Source: Lentisphaeria bacterium
GTDB taxonomy: Bacteria; Verrucomicrobiota; Lentisphaeria; JABSQK01; JAWLHB01
DNA: 44,328 bases
Assembly: GCA_041690595.1 (NCBI GenBank)
Contig: JAWLHB010000058.1
Coordinates: forward strand, 1 to 44,328
Reading direction: 5' to 3'
The notes beneath the pieces are model-generated. The model was given only the letters and a program-made list of their open reading frames with translations, ran no database searches and was not told the origin of the DNA. A program made the translations under genes and the position numbers. Positions 1 to 10,600 of this stretch are shown one piece after another. Each line of letters opens with the position of its first letter. Position 1 is the first letter of the stretch.

Positions 1-48
1 GATCCGACGCTTAAACGCCTCGCTGTAGTTCACTAATCGGTAACTCAT
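1..48 (-). CDS. IS3-family transposase OrfA, N-terminus only (partial)
   Basis: Reads MSYRLVNYSEAFKRRI. YSxxFK is the typical start of the IS3 OrfA HTH. Strong RBS. Not in the ORF track because it is truncated by the window edge. Confidence 0.65.
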   Translation of the reverse strand, partial: MSYRLVNYSEAFKRRI

Positions 49-99
49 ATGTCCTCTCCTTGGTCAAGTTGCTCTGTCAACCTATACCCGGACAAGACA
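1..99 (-). mobile_element. Left end of an IS3-family insertion sequence, running off the window edge
   Basis: The minus strand from 99 reads TGTCTTGTCCGGGTATAGGTTGACA, a TG-started IS3-like terminal inverted repeat containing TTGACA. It is followed by an AGGAGAGG RBS and an ATG at 48. Confidence 0.7.
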
Positions 100-143
100 C
101 CTCGCCTCGCCCTCGCCCTTCCCCTCACTGCTCACCCTCCAGT

Positions 144-352
144 CCATTCTTCCCCTTATTCCCATTCTTCCCCTCCACTGCCGCCAATCCCATCACCGCG
201 TCAATGCGGTCAATGCGGTCAATAAGGTCCTCTGTGTCCGCTCCGCCATCCTTCCCCTTCTTCCCCTTACTCCCATTCTTTCCACCCATCACCGCGTCAA
301 TGCGCTCAATGCGGTCAATAAGGTCCTGTGCGTCCGTTCCGCCTCCCCTTCC
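144..352. repeat. Composite intergenic repeat: 9-bp tandem units within a 96-bp-period direct repeat
   Basis: CCCATCACCGCGTCAATGCG(G/C)TCAATGCGGTCAATAAGGTCCT occurs at 189 and 285. Each copy is preceded by cccattctt/ccccttatt-type 9-mers. Confidence 0.85.
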
Positions 353-433
353 TTCGCCGCCCAATCTTCAGAATATTCAGCCTGAAAAGGCTTGCAAGGG
401 GGGCTGTCCTATAGTATATCTATGGTCATGATA

Positions 434-1573
434 ATGAACGCTATAGAAAATAGCTTCGCAACGACGGTCGCGCACTTGCGTGCGACCGTCGACGGCAACT
501 CCTGCGTCCCTCTCTATCATCAGATCGCCACGGAGCTGGAGACCTTGATTCAGGAGGCAGTGCTGCAGCCCGGGGATGCGCTGCCGAGTGACGCTGAACT
601 CAGTCGCGAGTTGGGCGTCAATCCTCCGACCGTCCGTCGCGCCATGGCCGGCCTCGTCGACAAGGGGCTGGTTGTCCGCAAGCGGCAGGCCGGCGCTTTC
701 GTTGCGCGACCCGACCATGTTCGCTCCAGAAACATCGGCTTCTTCTACATCCGCGAAGACCAGTGCGCCAAGCTGCAGGTGGCCGAAACCGTCCAGAAGG
801 AACTGGCCGACTCCGGCTACGATCTGAAGCTGATTGGCATTGACGCGACCTTCTATGAACGGGAGTCGTTGCCGGCGCAGATTGCCCGCATGGATCTGGT
901 CGGCGCCATTCTTGTCGCCCTTCCCGGCGAGGCCTGCCGCAAAGCCCTGCAGGAGCTGGATGCCGCCCACTTCCCCTATCTTCGCCTGGGCAACCGCATG
1001 TGGTCGGAATGCCTGCGCTCCCCACTCGTCTGCTCCGATGTGAATGGCGCCGCGTCGGCTGCCCTGCGCCTGCTCGCCGACCGGGGACATCAGGAGATCG
1101 GTGCCCTGATTTCACCCGATCACGATCAGGTTGCCGTCGCCTTTCGTGAAGCCTTCATCTCTGACGATGAAAAGCGCGAGGCGCGCCTCTTCCCGATTCG
1201 CTTCACGGGCCCCCATGCGCAGTGGCACACCTTCCGCGAAGGCCCGCTCCTTGTGCGTGGCTATCTCGAAACCCATCGCGAGGTGACCGCCCTCGTCGTC
1301 GAGCACGCCAGCTGCGCGGTCGAAGTCGTACGGCAATGCCGTGCCATGGGCCGCCGCATCCCCGACGATCTCTCCCTGGTATGCCTCTTCGACCATCCCA
1401 TTCTCGAGGCTACCGATCCCACCATCTCCGCGTTTCATGTTCCGCCTTCCCGCGTCGGCCTGCGGGCCGCCCGGCGCCTGCTTCACCTGTTGCGCCATGA
1501 CGAAAGCCCCGACCCCGCCCTCGATGCCATTCAACATGACCTGATCGATCGCCAGTCGATCGCTCCACGTTAA
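434..1573 (+). CDS. GntR-family regulator with LacI-type periplasmic-binding-protein effector domain (AraR-like)
   Basis: GntR wHTH PLYHQIA...LPSDAELSRELGVNPPTVRRAMAGLVDKGLV. LacI-type C-terminal IPDDLSLVCLFD...PTISA. Start may be 422, 428 or 434. Confidence 0.9.
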   Translation: MNAIENSFATTVAHLRATVDGNSCVPLYHQIATELETLIQEAVLQPGDALPSDAELSRELGVNPPTVRRAMAGLVDKGLVVRKRQAGAFVARPDHVRSRNIGFFYIREDQCAKLQVAETVQKELADSGYDLKLIGIDATFYERESLPAQIARMDLVGAILVALPGEACRKALQELDAAHFPYLRLGNRMWSECLRSPLVCSDVNGAASAALRLLADRGHQEIGALISPDHDQVAVAFREAFISDDEKREARLFPIRFTGPHAQWHTFREGPLLVRGYLETHREVTALVVEHASCAVEVVRQCRAMGRRIPDDLSLVCLFDHPILEATDPTISAFHVPPSRVGLRAARRLLHLLRHDESPDPALDAIQHDLIDRQSIAPR

Positions 1574-1592
1574 CCTGCCGAGGTACACCCCC

Positions 1593-4508
1593 GTGACCAG
1601 CTTTCTGCATTCTCTCCGCATCACCTATCCGCGGAGCCTCATCGCTTGCCTCTCGCTCTGCGCCCTCCTCTACATGAGCGGCTGCCGCACCGCTGACGAT
1701 TTGCCCCTGCGTCAGCCAGCCGCGGGACGCACCCACATCTTTGCCCGCGGTCAGATGAAGTACGGCCTGGGCGATGAGTACCTGCGCCGCTGGACCGATC
1801 GCCCACTCTTTCAGGATACCGCCCTCCGCAATGACTCACCCCTGACGAGCAGCGCCTCCTTCAGCCGAATGATCGACATCGCCCGCGGTTACCGCCTCGA
1901 TGGCTTCGCCTTCCTCGGGGAAACCACCGGCCGCCTCGCCGTCTTTCCCTTCACCGCGGACGCCGCCCCCGACGACTTCTATCTCCTGCCGGAATTTGTT
2001 GCCGGGGAGAAAGCCGAGCCCAAGCGCCAGATGCTCGAAGCCGCCATCGCCAGCCCTTACACCTTCCGCATCGACGAACGCATCCCCATCACCGGCTACA
2101 ACCTGGACACCATGCCCCTCGATAAGTGGCGCCCCCTCATCGAAGCATTCCGCCGCGACTATGGCCAGGAGACCTTCCTCTTCCTTCCCGACTTCGTCCG
2201 CCCGTGGGGCGCCATGCGCCAGAAGCACCAGAACGACGAGCCCATCACCGACGCCGATATCGAGGCCACCAAGTCCATCCTCCGCGAATGGCTCGACCTC
2301 TTCGACGGACTCCACTTCGCCGGCGCCTCCGGCTGCAAGCGCGATCACCGCTTCGACGAAGATTACTACCGCGATGTCGTCATTCGCACCTACCGCGAAG
2401 TGCTGGCCGAGCCCGCCTACGCTGTCAAGCTACTCAGCCTCAGCGCCACCATCGGCCACGAAAACTGCACCCGCATCGGCTACTCCCTCAGCCACGACGG
2501 CACCAAGACCCTGCGCCACGGCATGGACGCCGCTCTCGCCGCCCGACCCGACATCATGGTCCTCCCCGAATGGGACGAGCAGAACGAGAACACCAGCCTC
2601 CGACCCACCGTCTACAACGGCACCAGCACCGGCCGCATCCTCCGCTACTACATGCAGACCCTGCACAACGAGCCACTCTCCCCGCTTACCGGTGACGACT
2701 TCGGAAGCCCCAATCTCGTCATCTCCTATCGCAAGATCGTCGTCCTCGGCGAACCGCTCGAGATCGAAGTCCTCAACGTGCCCGATGGCTCGCGAAAGGG
2801 CAGCATCCAGGCGCGCCTCGAACTCCGCACCCCCACCGGCGACTCCGTCTGGCAAAGCGAATCCTTCACCCTGAAGGCCGATCGCCTCGCGGATCGCACC
2901 CTCATCGTCCCCAGTGAAGAGCTGGCCGACCATCCGGTCCTGCTGCCCGTCCTCCACGTCAGCGGCGGCAACGGCTGGCAGACCTTCCGTGATGGACTCC
3001 ATCATCTGCAGCTGCGTGCCACCTGGAACTGGGACTACAAGTGGGTCAAACATCCCCTCCGCGACCTCGCCCCCATGCGCACCTTCTCCTTCACCATGGT
3101 GCAGCCCCCAGATGCCAACGGTATCTGCACCATCCAGGCCGAGGTGGATTGCGGCGAGCCCCTGATGTCGGTGGAAATCCTCGATGACGATGCCGTCGTC
3201 CATGCCGTCAGCGCCGACGGGCAATCACTGCGCGAGCGCCACGATCTCGACCTCTACGCCGTCCACCTGCGCTCCTTTCATCGCAAGCAGATGCTGGGCA
3301 CCCTGCGGGTCACCGGCGCCGACGCCCAGTGGCAGGAGCCGCAGCCACCCCCATTGGCCAAGGCCCCCCTCAGGGATGGCGCCCTGCACCTCGCCGGCAA
3401 TCTCGACTGGTATCCCCGCACCGCCTGGTTCGCCCTCCCCATTGGCGATCCCGGCACGGCGACCCTCGATGTCGACCTGAAAGTCCTGAAGGCCTCCATC
3501 CCCCTCGCCGAAGTGCGCCGCCTGGGCATCTGGTCGCAGAACTATCAGGGGGCTACCCTCACCGTCTCCCACGCCTTCCAGCAACCGGATCATCCCCTCC
3601 ATCTGGGCAAGACCAGCGCCTCCTTTACCGCGCGCATTCAGCCTGCCATGCCGACCTCCGTCCTCCATCTCCGGGCCATCACCGCCTCCGGCCGCCAGTA
3701 CCAGAGCGCCCCGATCATGCCCTACGCCGCAACCGGCGAAACGCTGCCCATCCGCGTCTGGTCCGGCACCGCCAAAGCCCCGGTCGACCTCGACGTCGAT
3801 GCCATCCGGGTGCCCGCCATCGACTATCGCTTCGATGCGGATCGCCAGGCCCTCATGGTCAGCAACGCCGGACGCCTCCTCTTCGGCCACCTCGGCGGCT
3901 TCACCGATCCAGTCACCTGGCGCGGCGGCAACGGCGGCCGCGATGGTTCCGCTTTCGTCCGCTACACTACCTATCCAGCCGACGCCACCGAGATGGCCCC
4001 GACATGGCGCCGCGACGGCGACCGCGACCTTCTCGAATTCGACGGCAAGGGCACCTACATCAACATGCCGCAGGGCGTGCTGCCGCGTCAGAGCAGCTTT
4101 ACCCTCACCTTCGAGATCCTCCCCGCCGAGGTGAGCGCCCCCCAGATCCTCTTCATCAACTATGGCAGCTATATCGGCTCGATCACCGTGCGCCTCATGG
4201 ATGGCAGGCTGCACCTGGGCTATGTTAACGACAAGCTCGACAATGTTCAGGTCGACACCGGGCTGGAGATCGTCCCAGGACGCTGGCAGCGTATCGCCGT
4301 CAGCTACGATCTGGAGGCGCTGCAAGCCCGGGTCGATGGACAGTCGGCCGGCCCATGGCCCTGTCGCGGGCCAGGCGCCTACGACGTACCCTCGGCTTTC
4401 GGTGGCTTCGGCCCCGGAGGCGACGACACCTTCACCGGCCCCCAGGGCTGGTTCAAAGGCACCCTTCGCAGCCTGCGCATCGTTCATCGCCCCTACATCT
4501 GGGAATAG
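1593..4508 (+). CDS. Large lipoprotein with putative GH71/GH99-like TIM barrel and C-terminal LamG/ConA-like domain
   Basis: GTG start with GAGG RBS and lipobox LLYMSG-C. Motifs MIDIARGYRLDGFAF and LPEWDEQNENT resemble GH71/99. The C-terminus LEFDGKGTYI...SFTLTFEI...GRWQRIAVSYD...FKGTLRSLRI is LamG-like. Confidence 0.7.
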   Translation: MTSFLHSLRITYPRSLIACLSLCALLYMSGCRTADDLPLRQPAAGRTHIFARGQMKYGLGDEYLRRWTDRPLFQDTALRNDSPLTSSASFSRMIDIARGYRLDGFAFLGETTGRLAVFPFTADAAPDDFYLLPEFVAGEKAEPKRQMLEAAIASPYTFRIDERIPITGYNLDTMPLDKWRPLIEAFRRDYGQETFLFLPDFVRPWGAMRQKHQNDEPITDADIEATKSILREWLDLFDGLHFAGASGCKRDHRFDEDYYRDVVIRTYREVLAEPAYAVKLLSLSATIGHENCTRIGYSLSHDGTKTLRHGMDAALAARPDIMVLPEWDEQNENTSLRPTVYNGTSTGRILRYYMQTLHNEPLSPLTGDDFGSPNLVISYRKIVVLGEPLEIEVLNVPDGSRKGSIQARLELRTPTGDSVWQSESFTLKADRLADRTLIVPSEELADHPVLLPVLHVSGGNGWQTFRDGLHHLQLRATWNWDYKWVKHPLRDLAPMRTFSFTMVQPPDANGICTIQAEVDCGEPLMSVEILDDDAVVHAVSADGQSLRERHDLDLYAVHLRSFHRKQMLGTLRVTGADAQWQEPQPPPLAKAPLRDGALHLAGNLDWYPRTAWFALPIGDPGTATLDVDLKVLKASIPLAEVRRLGIWSQNYQGATLTVSHAFQQPDHPLHLGKTSASFTARIQPAMPTSVLHLRAITASGRQYQSAPIMPYAATGETLPIRVWSGTAKAPVDLDVDAIRVPAIDYRFDADRQALMVSNAGRLLFGHLGGFTDPVTWRGGNGGRDGSAFVRYTTYPADATEMAPTWRRDGDRDLLEFDGKGTYINMPQGVLPRQSSFTLTFEILPAEVSAPQILFINYGSYIGSITVRLMDGRLHLGYVNDKLDNVQVDTGLEIVPGRWQRIAVSYDLEALQARVDGQSAGPWPCRGPGAYDVPSAFGGFGPGGDDTFTGPQGWFKGTLRSLRIVHRPYIWE

Positions 4509-4511
4509 CCA

Positions 4512-6881
4512 ATGAGCAACCTGACCCTTCGCCGTTCCGATACCGCGCTCCACCTCCAGAATGACCTCTTCTTCCTGGAAATCGGTCCGGGTGGTCTGCC
4601 GTCCGCCCTTGGCTATTCCGGCACCGCCACCCCCGTCTGGCAGGCCGCCCAGCCATGCCTGAGCGCTCGCTTCGATGGGCGAACCATCCGCCCCGTCGTC
4701 GAGGGACCCCTCTCCGCCAGGATCGACCACGAGGACGACCATGTCGCCATCTCCATCGACAGCATCGCCTGGCAGGACGATGATGGCGCCACCATCCCCG
4801 GTTTCCGACTCGATATCCACTACCAGATCTTTGACGACGGCGCCGCCTTCGCCACCCCCTTCTTCTATACCCACAGCCTTGAAACCGGCGCCATCGACCA
4901 CTTCAGGCTCCAGCCATCCCTGCAACTGGCCGGTGACCAGCAGGCCGAATGGTCGCACTGGCGCCTGCCCAGCCGCACCGACGCCACCCTCATCCAGGCC
5001 CTCGGCGATTTCTACCGCGACCTGCCCGCCACCGGCACCACTCGCGAGGACGGCACCATCTGGCCCTTTGTCGCCGTCGACTTCGGCGCCGGCCTTCAGC
5101 GCGATCATCACCTCGAGTTCTTTGTCGAATCCTGGAACAGCCTCGGCATGCAGCCCAGCGAGACCGCCTCCGAGCTGACCTGGAAGGATGGACGTGCCGA
5201 CCTTACCTGGGATTTCCAGACCACCCCCTGTCGCCGCGATGGGCGGACCTTCCAGTGGCGCAATACCTGGGGATGGTGCATCCGCCGCTGGCCCGTCGAA
5301 CGGCGTCCGCCATGGCGCATCATCCACTACCTCGACAACTTCCAGCGCTATCCCACCGATTCCCAGATCGCCGACTGTGCCGCCGAGGGCGCCAACCTGC
5401 TGATCCTCCACGAGAGCTGGCGGCTCGACATGAAGCAAGGCGAGTTTGCCTGGGATCCCGATGAGCTGCGCCGCACCGTCGAAAGCGCCCATCGTCATGG
5501 CCTGCGCGTGGCGCTCTATGGGCGCGGCAACGAAGATGGCATGCGCTTTGATGATGGCCGCCACATCATGCGTTGGCTCAAGCCCGACTGGGACGGACTC
5601 TACCTCGACTATGCCAGCCCCGCTGCCTATGCCATGCAGGAAGAGAACTCCCCCGGCGGCCGCATCCCCTTTCGCCAGTGGGATCTCCTCATGCGCCGCG
5701 CCCGCCGAACCGTCGGCGACGGCGGGGTGATCATCGGCCACAGCGGCTCCTGGTTCTCCGCCCTCGGCTTCACCAGCATGGACGGCTACCTCGGCGGCGA
5801 ACAGGAGAAAGGGCGCCTCCTCGAAGACTCCCGCACCCACGCCTACTTCTGCGGCCTCTCCATCTGCTCCAGCTACCTCTGGACCGCTGCCTTCCCACCC
5901 TACCGCGGCCCGGGCAGCCTTCCCTTCCTCGCCACCGCCGCCCAGGCCCCCTTTGTCCATATTGGCAGCCAGTTTCCGAGCAGCTCCCTCGCGCATCCCG
6001 ACTTCCCCGCCGCAACCACCTTCGCCCGCCCCCTCTGGCGGCTCTGGGAGTTCCTCCCCGCCGATCGCTCCGTTCGCGTTCTCTCCTCCCTCGCCGGCAC
6101 CCCGTGGGCCAGCAATGCCCCCGATGGTATCGGCCTCTGTGCCATGTGTGCCGAAGGTGACGCGACCCTCCTCATCGCGGCCAACCATACGGATGCGCCC
6201 GTCGATCTCGACCTCACCCCCGACTGGGATGCCATCGGCGTCACCGCCGCCGCCCAACTGGTCCTGCTCCTGCCGGGAGAGGAAAGCACCGAAGCTTCAC
6301 CCGCGGACGCGTGTCGCGCTCGCCTCGAGCCGAACGGCATCGCCGGCTGGCTTCACCTCGCCGATGACGGCGAACGCCGCCACCGTGTCGACCATTTCCT
6401 CCGCCCATATCCCCCCGCCACCGAGGCGCGCGCTGCCCGCCGGGAACGGCTCGCGGCCCAGCGGCGCACCCGCTTCGAACCGGAGCCTTGGCGTCACGCC
6501 TGGCTGCGCGTCGGCATCCACAACTTCCCCAATACCTACGAGGACTCCATCTGGGAGGATCTCTTTGCCAACCGCATCGAACTCCATCGCCTCACCGATG
6601 GCGGCAGCGAGTGCCTGGGGCTCATCGGACCCACGGGCCTGGGCGACGATCAGCGCCTCATGCCCGGCATCTACAGCGCCTGGATCCCCCTCCACGATCT
6701 GCTCAGCCCCGGCGAGCACCGCCTCGCCCTCGTCACCAGGAGAGGAAACGATGAGTTCTACTCCTGGGTCGACGTCTTGATCTCCCGCGATCCCGTCGGC
6801 GAAACCGCTCGCACCCTCGTTTTCGACAACGACATCGATCCCGACTGGTCCACCCTCCCCTTCATCGTCCGCCTCGAATAG
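4512..6881 (+). CDS. Hypothetical protein, putative glycoside hydrolase-like (beta/alpha)8 barrel
   Basis: 789-aa ORF starting 3 nt after the upstream stop. Contains GANLLILHESW, HRHGLRVALYG and WDGLYLDY, which resemble GH36/clan-D barrel strands. No signal peptide. Confidence 0.6.
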   Translation: MSNLTLRRSDTALHLQNDLFFLEIGPGGLPSALGYSGTATPVWQAAQPCLSARFDGRTIRPVVEGPLSARIDHEDDHVAISIDSIAWQDDDGATIPGFRLDIHYQIFDDGAAFATPFFYTHSLETGAIDHFRLQPSLQLAGDQQAEWSHWRLPSRTDATLIQALGDFYRDLPATGTTREDGTIWPFVAVDFGAGLQRDHHLEFFVESWNSLGMQPSETASELTWKDGRADLTWDFQTTPCRRDGRTFQWRNTWGWCIRRWPVERRPPWRIIHYLDNFQRYPTDSQIADCAAEGANLLILHESWRLDMKQGEFAWDPDELRRTVESAHRHGLRVALYGRGNEDGMRFDDGRHIMRWLKPDWDGLYLDYASPAAYAMQEENSPGGRIPFRQWDLLMRRARRTVGDGGVIIGHSGSWFSALGFTSMDGYLGGEQEKGRLLEDSRTHAYFCGLSICSSYLWTAAFPPYRGPGSLPFLATAAQAPFVHIGSQFPSSSLAHPDFPAATTFARPLWRLWEFLPADRSVRVLSSLAGTPWASNAPDGIGLCAMCAEGDATLLIAANHTDAPVDLDLTPDWDAIGVTAAAQLVLLLPGEESTEASPADACRARLEPNGIAGWLHLADDGERRHRVDHFLRPYPPATEARAARRERLAAQRRTRFEPEPWRHAWLRVGIHNFPNTYEDSIWEDLFANRIELHRLTDGGSECLGLIGPTGLGDDQRLMPGIYSAWIPLHDLLSPGEHRLALVTRRGNDEFYSWVDVLISRDPVGETARTLVFDNDIDPDWSTLPFIVRLE

Positions 6882-6884
6882 CCG

Positions 6885-7646
6885 TCAGCGTGCTTCGGCA
6901 AGGGCCCGATGCGGCTCGCTATCGCGCCAGATGATCGCGATCTCGGCCGCCGTCAGGGGGCGGTCGAGGATCATGAAATCGTCCAGCAGAAAGTGCCCCC
7001 CATCAGCCTGCTTGCGGCCGATGTTGAACCAGACCTGTGGCGTCAGTTCTCCGACTTCACCGGCTCGGGGCCGGCTGCCGTCCACGGAAATGCCGATGCG
7101 TCCAAGCTGCCAGGTGACGACGATCAGGTGCCAGCTCCCGTTGGGCCAGTCGCGCCAGCCGCCGCCACCGATATGCTCGCCGCCGGCTTTGCGGCCGGCC
7201 GTCGTCGCATGATAATAAACCGTGGCCCGGCGCTTCCCCACGATCTCTCCCTGCCTGCCGATCAGCAGGCCCGAACCTTCCCCGCTGCTCTGAAACCACC
7301 ACTGATACCCCTCGTTCTCGCCCTCCCGCCAATCCACGGGACTGATCCAGAAAAGCAGGGTCCCCGTCGAGCCGAATCGGAAGTTGCCGTCGCCGCTGAA
7401 GCTGAGCGTGCCCCCCGCGAGCGCCTGGCCGAATATCCCGGGCGCCAGCTGCAGCTCCTCCTGAACGGAGCGCGGTGCATGGCTGCCGGCTGCCATCTCT
7501 GCGGCGGCCAGGCCATCGTCGAAGCTCGCCAGAAAGGTGATGCGGTCGCTGAAGCGCGCCAGCGCCGGATTCGTCACCGTTCCCGGAAACTCCTCCGCGA
7601 CCGCGGTCACGATCAGCAACAGGCATGGAAGCAGCAGGCGCGTCAT
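6885..7646 (-). CDS. Secreted LamG-like jellyroll (ConA-like) domain protein
   Basis: Signal peptide MTRLLLPCLLLIVTAVA. Motifs LASFDDG, GTLLFWISP, GSWHLIVVTW, ISVDG and LLDDFMILDRPLTAAEI. 4-nt overlap with the upstream gene. Confidence 0.8.
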   Translation of the reverse strand: MTRLLLPCLLLIVTAVAEEFPGTVTNPALARFSDRITFLASFDDGLAAAEMAAGSHAPRSVQEELQLAPGIFGQALAGGTLSFSGDGNFRFGSTGTLLFWISPVDWREGENEGYQWWFQSSGEGSGLLIGRQGEIVGKRRATVYYHATTAGRKAGGEHIGGGGWRDWPNGSWHLIVVTWQLGRIGISVDGSRPRAGEVGELTPQVWFNIGRKQADGGHFLLDDFMILDRPLTAAEIAIIWRDSEPHRALAEAR

Positions 7647-10600
7647 GGCGCCGCCGCCAGGTGAATGAGGCGAAAGTCATGGCGAGGAATGGAGATGGAC
7701 AGCCGGTTTCCCTGCACAATCAAGCTTTCTCCGCTCTCCAGGTCGGTGGCCTCCACCTTCTCCGGCAGCTGCAGCGCCAGCATGTCCAGTTCCACGCTGC
7801 CATCGCCGCCGCCCCCGTAGTCCGTAAGTACCAGAAGCGCTTCACCCGGCTTGCTCAGCGCCAGCGTCGCCAGATCCAGACCGTGCACCGTCAGTGGATG
7901 CGACTCGTCCCAATAGGTGCTGACCGCCACCTCGGATTTGCCGTAGCCGAAGCGCCAAAGGCGGGTGAAGGCTTCCCAGTAGATGGGGCTGACCGTCGTC
8001 GGTCGCAACTCATGCACCAGAATGCAGCCGGTCCCCGTGCGCGCCTGCCACTCCTGCTCTTCCGCGGTGCCGCTCACGAGCATCATGATGAGCGGAAAGT
8101 TGCCCGACTGGCGGCCGATGCTCTCCGCCCGGATGTAGTCTCGCGGGAACCGATCCTGATAGTCGCCGCTGTTGCGGTCTTCCCACGAATAGTTCATCTG
8201 GGCGAAGGAGAGGATCGGGACAATCTGCGTGTTGGTCATGTGAGGTACATTGACGGGCTGCATGCCCCGTTCGTGCTGCAGGATTGCCGTTCGGCGAATC
8301 AGCTGGCGCATGTTCCACAGCCCCGACGACGGCTGGATCGTCCCGTCCGGTCGAAGATAGGCCTCCGTGCCGACGACGTCGAAGTTGCTCTGCATGAAGG
8401 TGTCGTCCCAGTAGATGTTGTCACAGGCCCGCGTTTCAAAAGCCTGGTTGTACCACCACAGCGCATAGTCGCGATAACTCTCGACCGGATCCAGATCATA
8501 GGCGGGGCCGCTGGCGTAACCATGGCTGCCGCGCTCACTGACCGCTTCCCGATGCCATTCATCCAGAAAGGTCTGCCCCTCGGCCGAGTCGAGCCGAACT
8601 CCCCGTGCATTGAAGTAGAAGAGATTGCGATTGTGCGGGTGATCCAGCCGGCTGCCCACCATGCGCCGGAAGCCGCTGTTGATGTTGACCCGCCATTTCG
8701 CATACGCCGCCTCGCGCGCCTCGGGATCCAGCGTGTCGACACGATACCCTGCCAGCCAGTTCTCGATAAACGCATAGTCGATCCGCCCCGTGCGGCGAGT
8801 TTCTCCGAACTTCTCCCAGATGCGCACGTCCCCGTCGCGCGGGCGTGTTTCCAGGCAGTAGCCATGCGCCCCCCAGGTAATGGTCGAACCCAGAAAGCCC
8901 TGGCTGAGCACCCAGTCGTCGATCTCCGGAGCGCGCCAGACTCCCCAGCCCGCCCAGCGCCGCCAGTTCTCGGGCATCGGCTTCGCCGGCGTCGCCATGA
9001 AGCCGATCACCAGCTCACGCGGCTCCGTCAGCATCGTCGGAGCATCGATCAGGTTCAGGATGAAGTTGAGCGTCTCCCCCTCGCGAACCAGCTCCTGGCA
9101 GGGTCCTTCCCCACTGGTGATCCACCCCGCATCGTTCTCCCCGAAGACACTGAAGCCGCGCTCCTCCGCTCCTGCCCAGATGTACGGCACATAGTCGCCG
9201 ATGATCGAGTTGCGCGCCGCGCGCCCGCTCTCCCAGATGCGCCCTTCGCCGGACGGCATGCTCCCCGCATAGTTGAAGCGGATGCCGTCCGTGCAGACGT
9301 GCAGGAGGGTGCACAGCTCGTTCTTCAATGGAATGACCAGGCGCAGATGTTCGATCTCCCGGTCCCCCGGCAGCAGTGTCAGCCGCCAGCGCATGGCGCC
9401 ATCGTAATCCCACTCCCCCGCGGCACTCCCGGGAAGCACCCCCTCCCACTGTGAGCGTGTCTCCGCGCGATGGGGCGCCCCTTCGGCGCTGAAGGTGGCA
9501 TCGCTGAGAACCGTCGTCTGCCCGCCCACCGTCACTTCCAGTCGCATGGGACCCTGCAACAGCTCACGGTCGAGGCTCTTTACCTGATCGAGCAGCCCCA
9601 GCGGACTGAGGGAATGCTCTCGAAGCACGGTCCGCAGCGTCGTCCCATCCAGTTCGATTGGCGTAAAGGGAGGAATGACAGCGTCGGCCTGACCAAGCGA
9701 ATTTCCCTCCCACTCGAACGCATGGCGGCTGAAGACCTTGCGCAGGGGATCCGCCTTGATCCCGGCAAAGATCACCTCGATCGTGTAGTCGTTGCTGTTG
9801 CCGATATCCACATACTGGCCCAACTCCGGCAACTCCCACCATAGCTCGCTGATCCCGTCCACCACCTCCGGCATCGTGGTCTTGGGCATGCTCTCCCGCA
9901 GTGGATTGCCGAAGGCCGGATGCAGCGCCACGCGAATCGCCGTCACCTTCTCCTTCTCCGGCATCGCGTTGATGTCCACCTTCAGCCGCAGGATGTTGTG
10001 CGAGGGATAGTAGCTGAAGTTGAAGCCGGCCTGCTGCGATTGCTCGGTCTCGATCTCGAACATCGGCTCCGGCCGTTTGATCACCCACGGGAAGTCCCGG
10101 AAGTAATAGTCCGTGGCGCCATCCGGAGAGCTGACGTGGATCGTCGTTTCCAGCCGCTCATTCACATCGTAGTTGCGCTGCAGGCGTACCGTCTCCACCG
10201 TCCCCGGCGCGATGATGAGCTGCCGCTCCTCCCGCGACGGAGCGGAATTGGCTGGCGCGATGGCGAGCAACGCCTTCACGCTCACCGGCTCCGCGTGCGG
10301 ATTGCGGATCTGTACCTCCAGATCCACCTCTTTGCCGTTTTCGCTGCGCAGCCTCGTCATCTGCACGACCGGCGCCGACTCGCTCCAGCTTACCCGGGGC
10401 ATCGTCGCGGCGATCTTGTAGGCGCCGCCCAATGGCGACCACTCGCCACCCCGGGCCACCAGGCAACGCTGCCAGTTCCGACAGATGCGCACGCCCATCG
10501 GCAGGTGAAGCTCCTCCGCGGTCACCCCCATATCTGCCAGGGGCAGGGCAATCTCAAAGTGCCATTGCTCCCCATGTACTGCGCTGCCGATACGCCAGTT

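Noticed and set aside
125..364. 79-aa ORF (DLIDRIDRID/KGKNG repeats) and the overlapping 60..431 ORF
   Set aside because: By-product of 9-bp and 96-bp repeats that keep frames open. No credible RBS.
392..420. GntR operator or promoter (TGTCC half-site, also seen near 11895)
   Set aside because: Only a 5-bp match with no convincing palindrome, so insufficient support.
3225..6257. 1010-aa minus-strand ORF
   Set aside because: Antisense shadow of the two GH-like genes, caused by high GC3. Gly/Ala/Val-rich with no motifs.
7625..9454. 609-aa plus-strand ORF
   Set aside because: Antisense shadow of the 1144-aa secreted protein.
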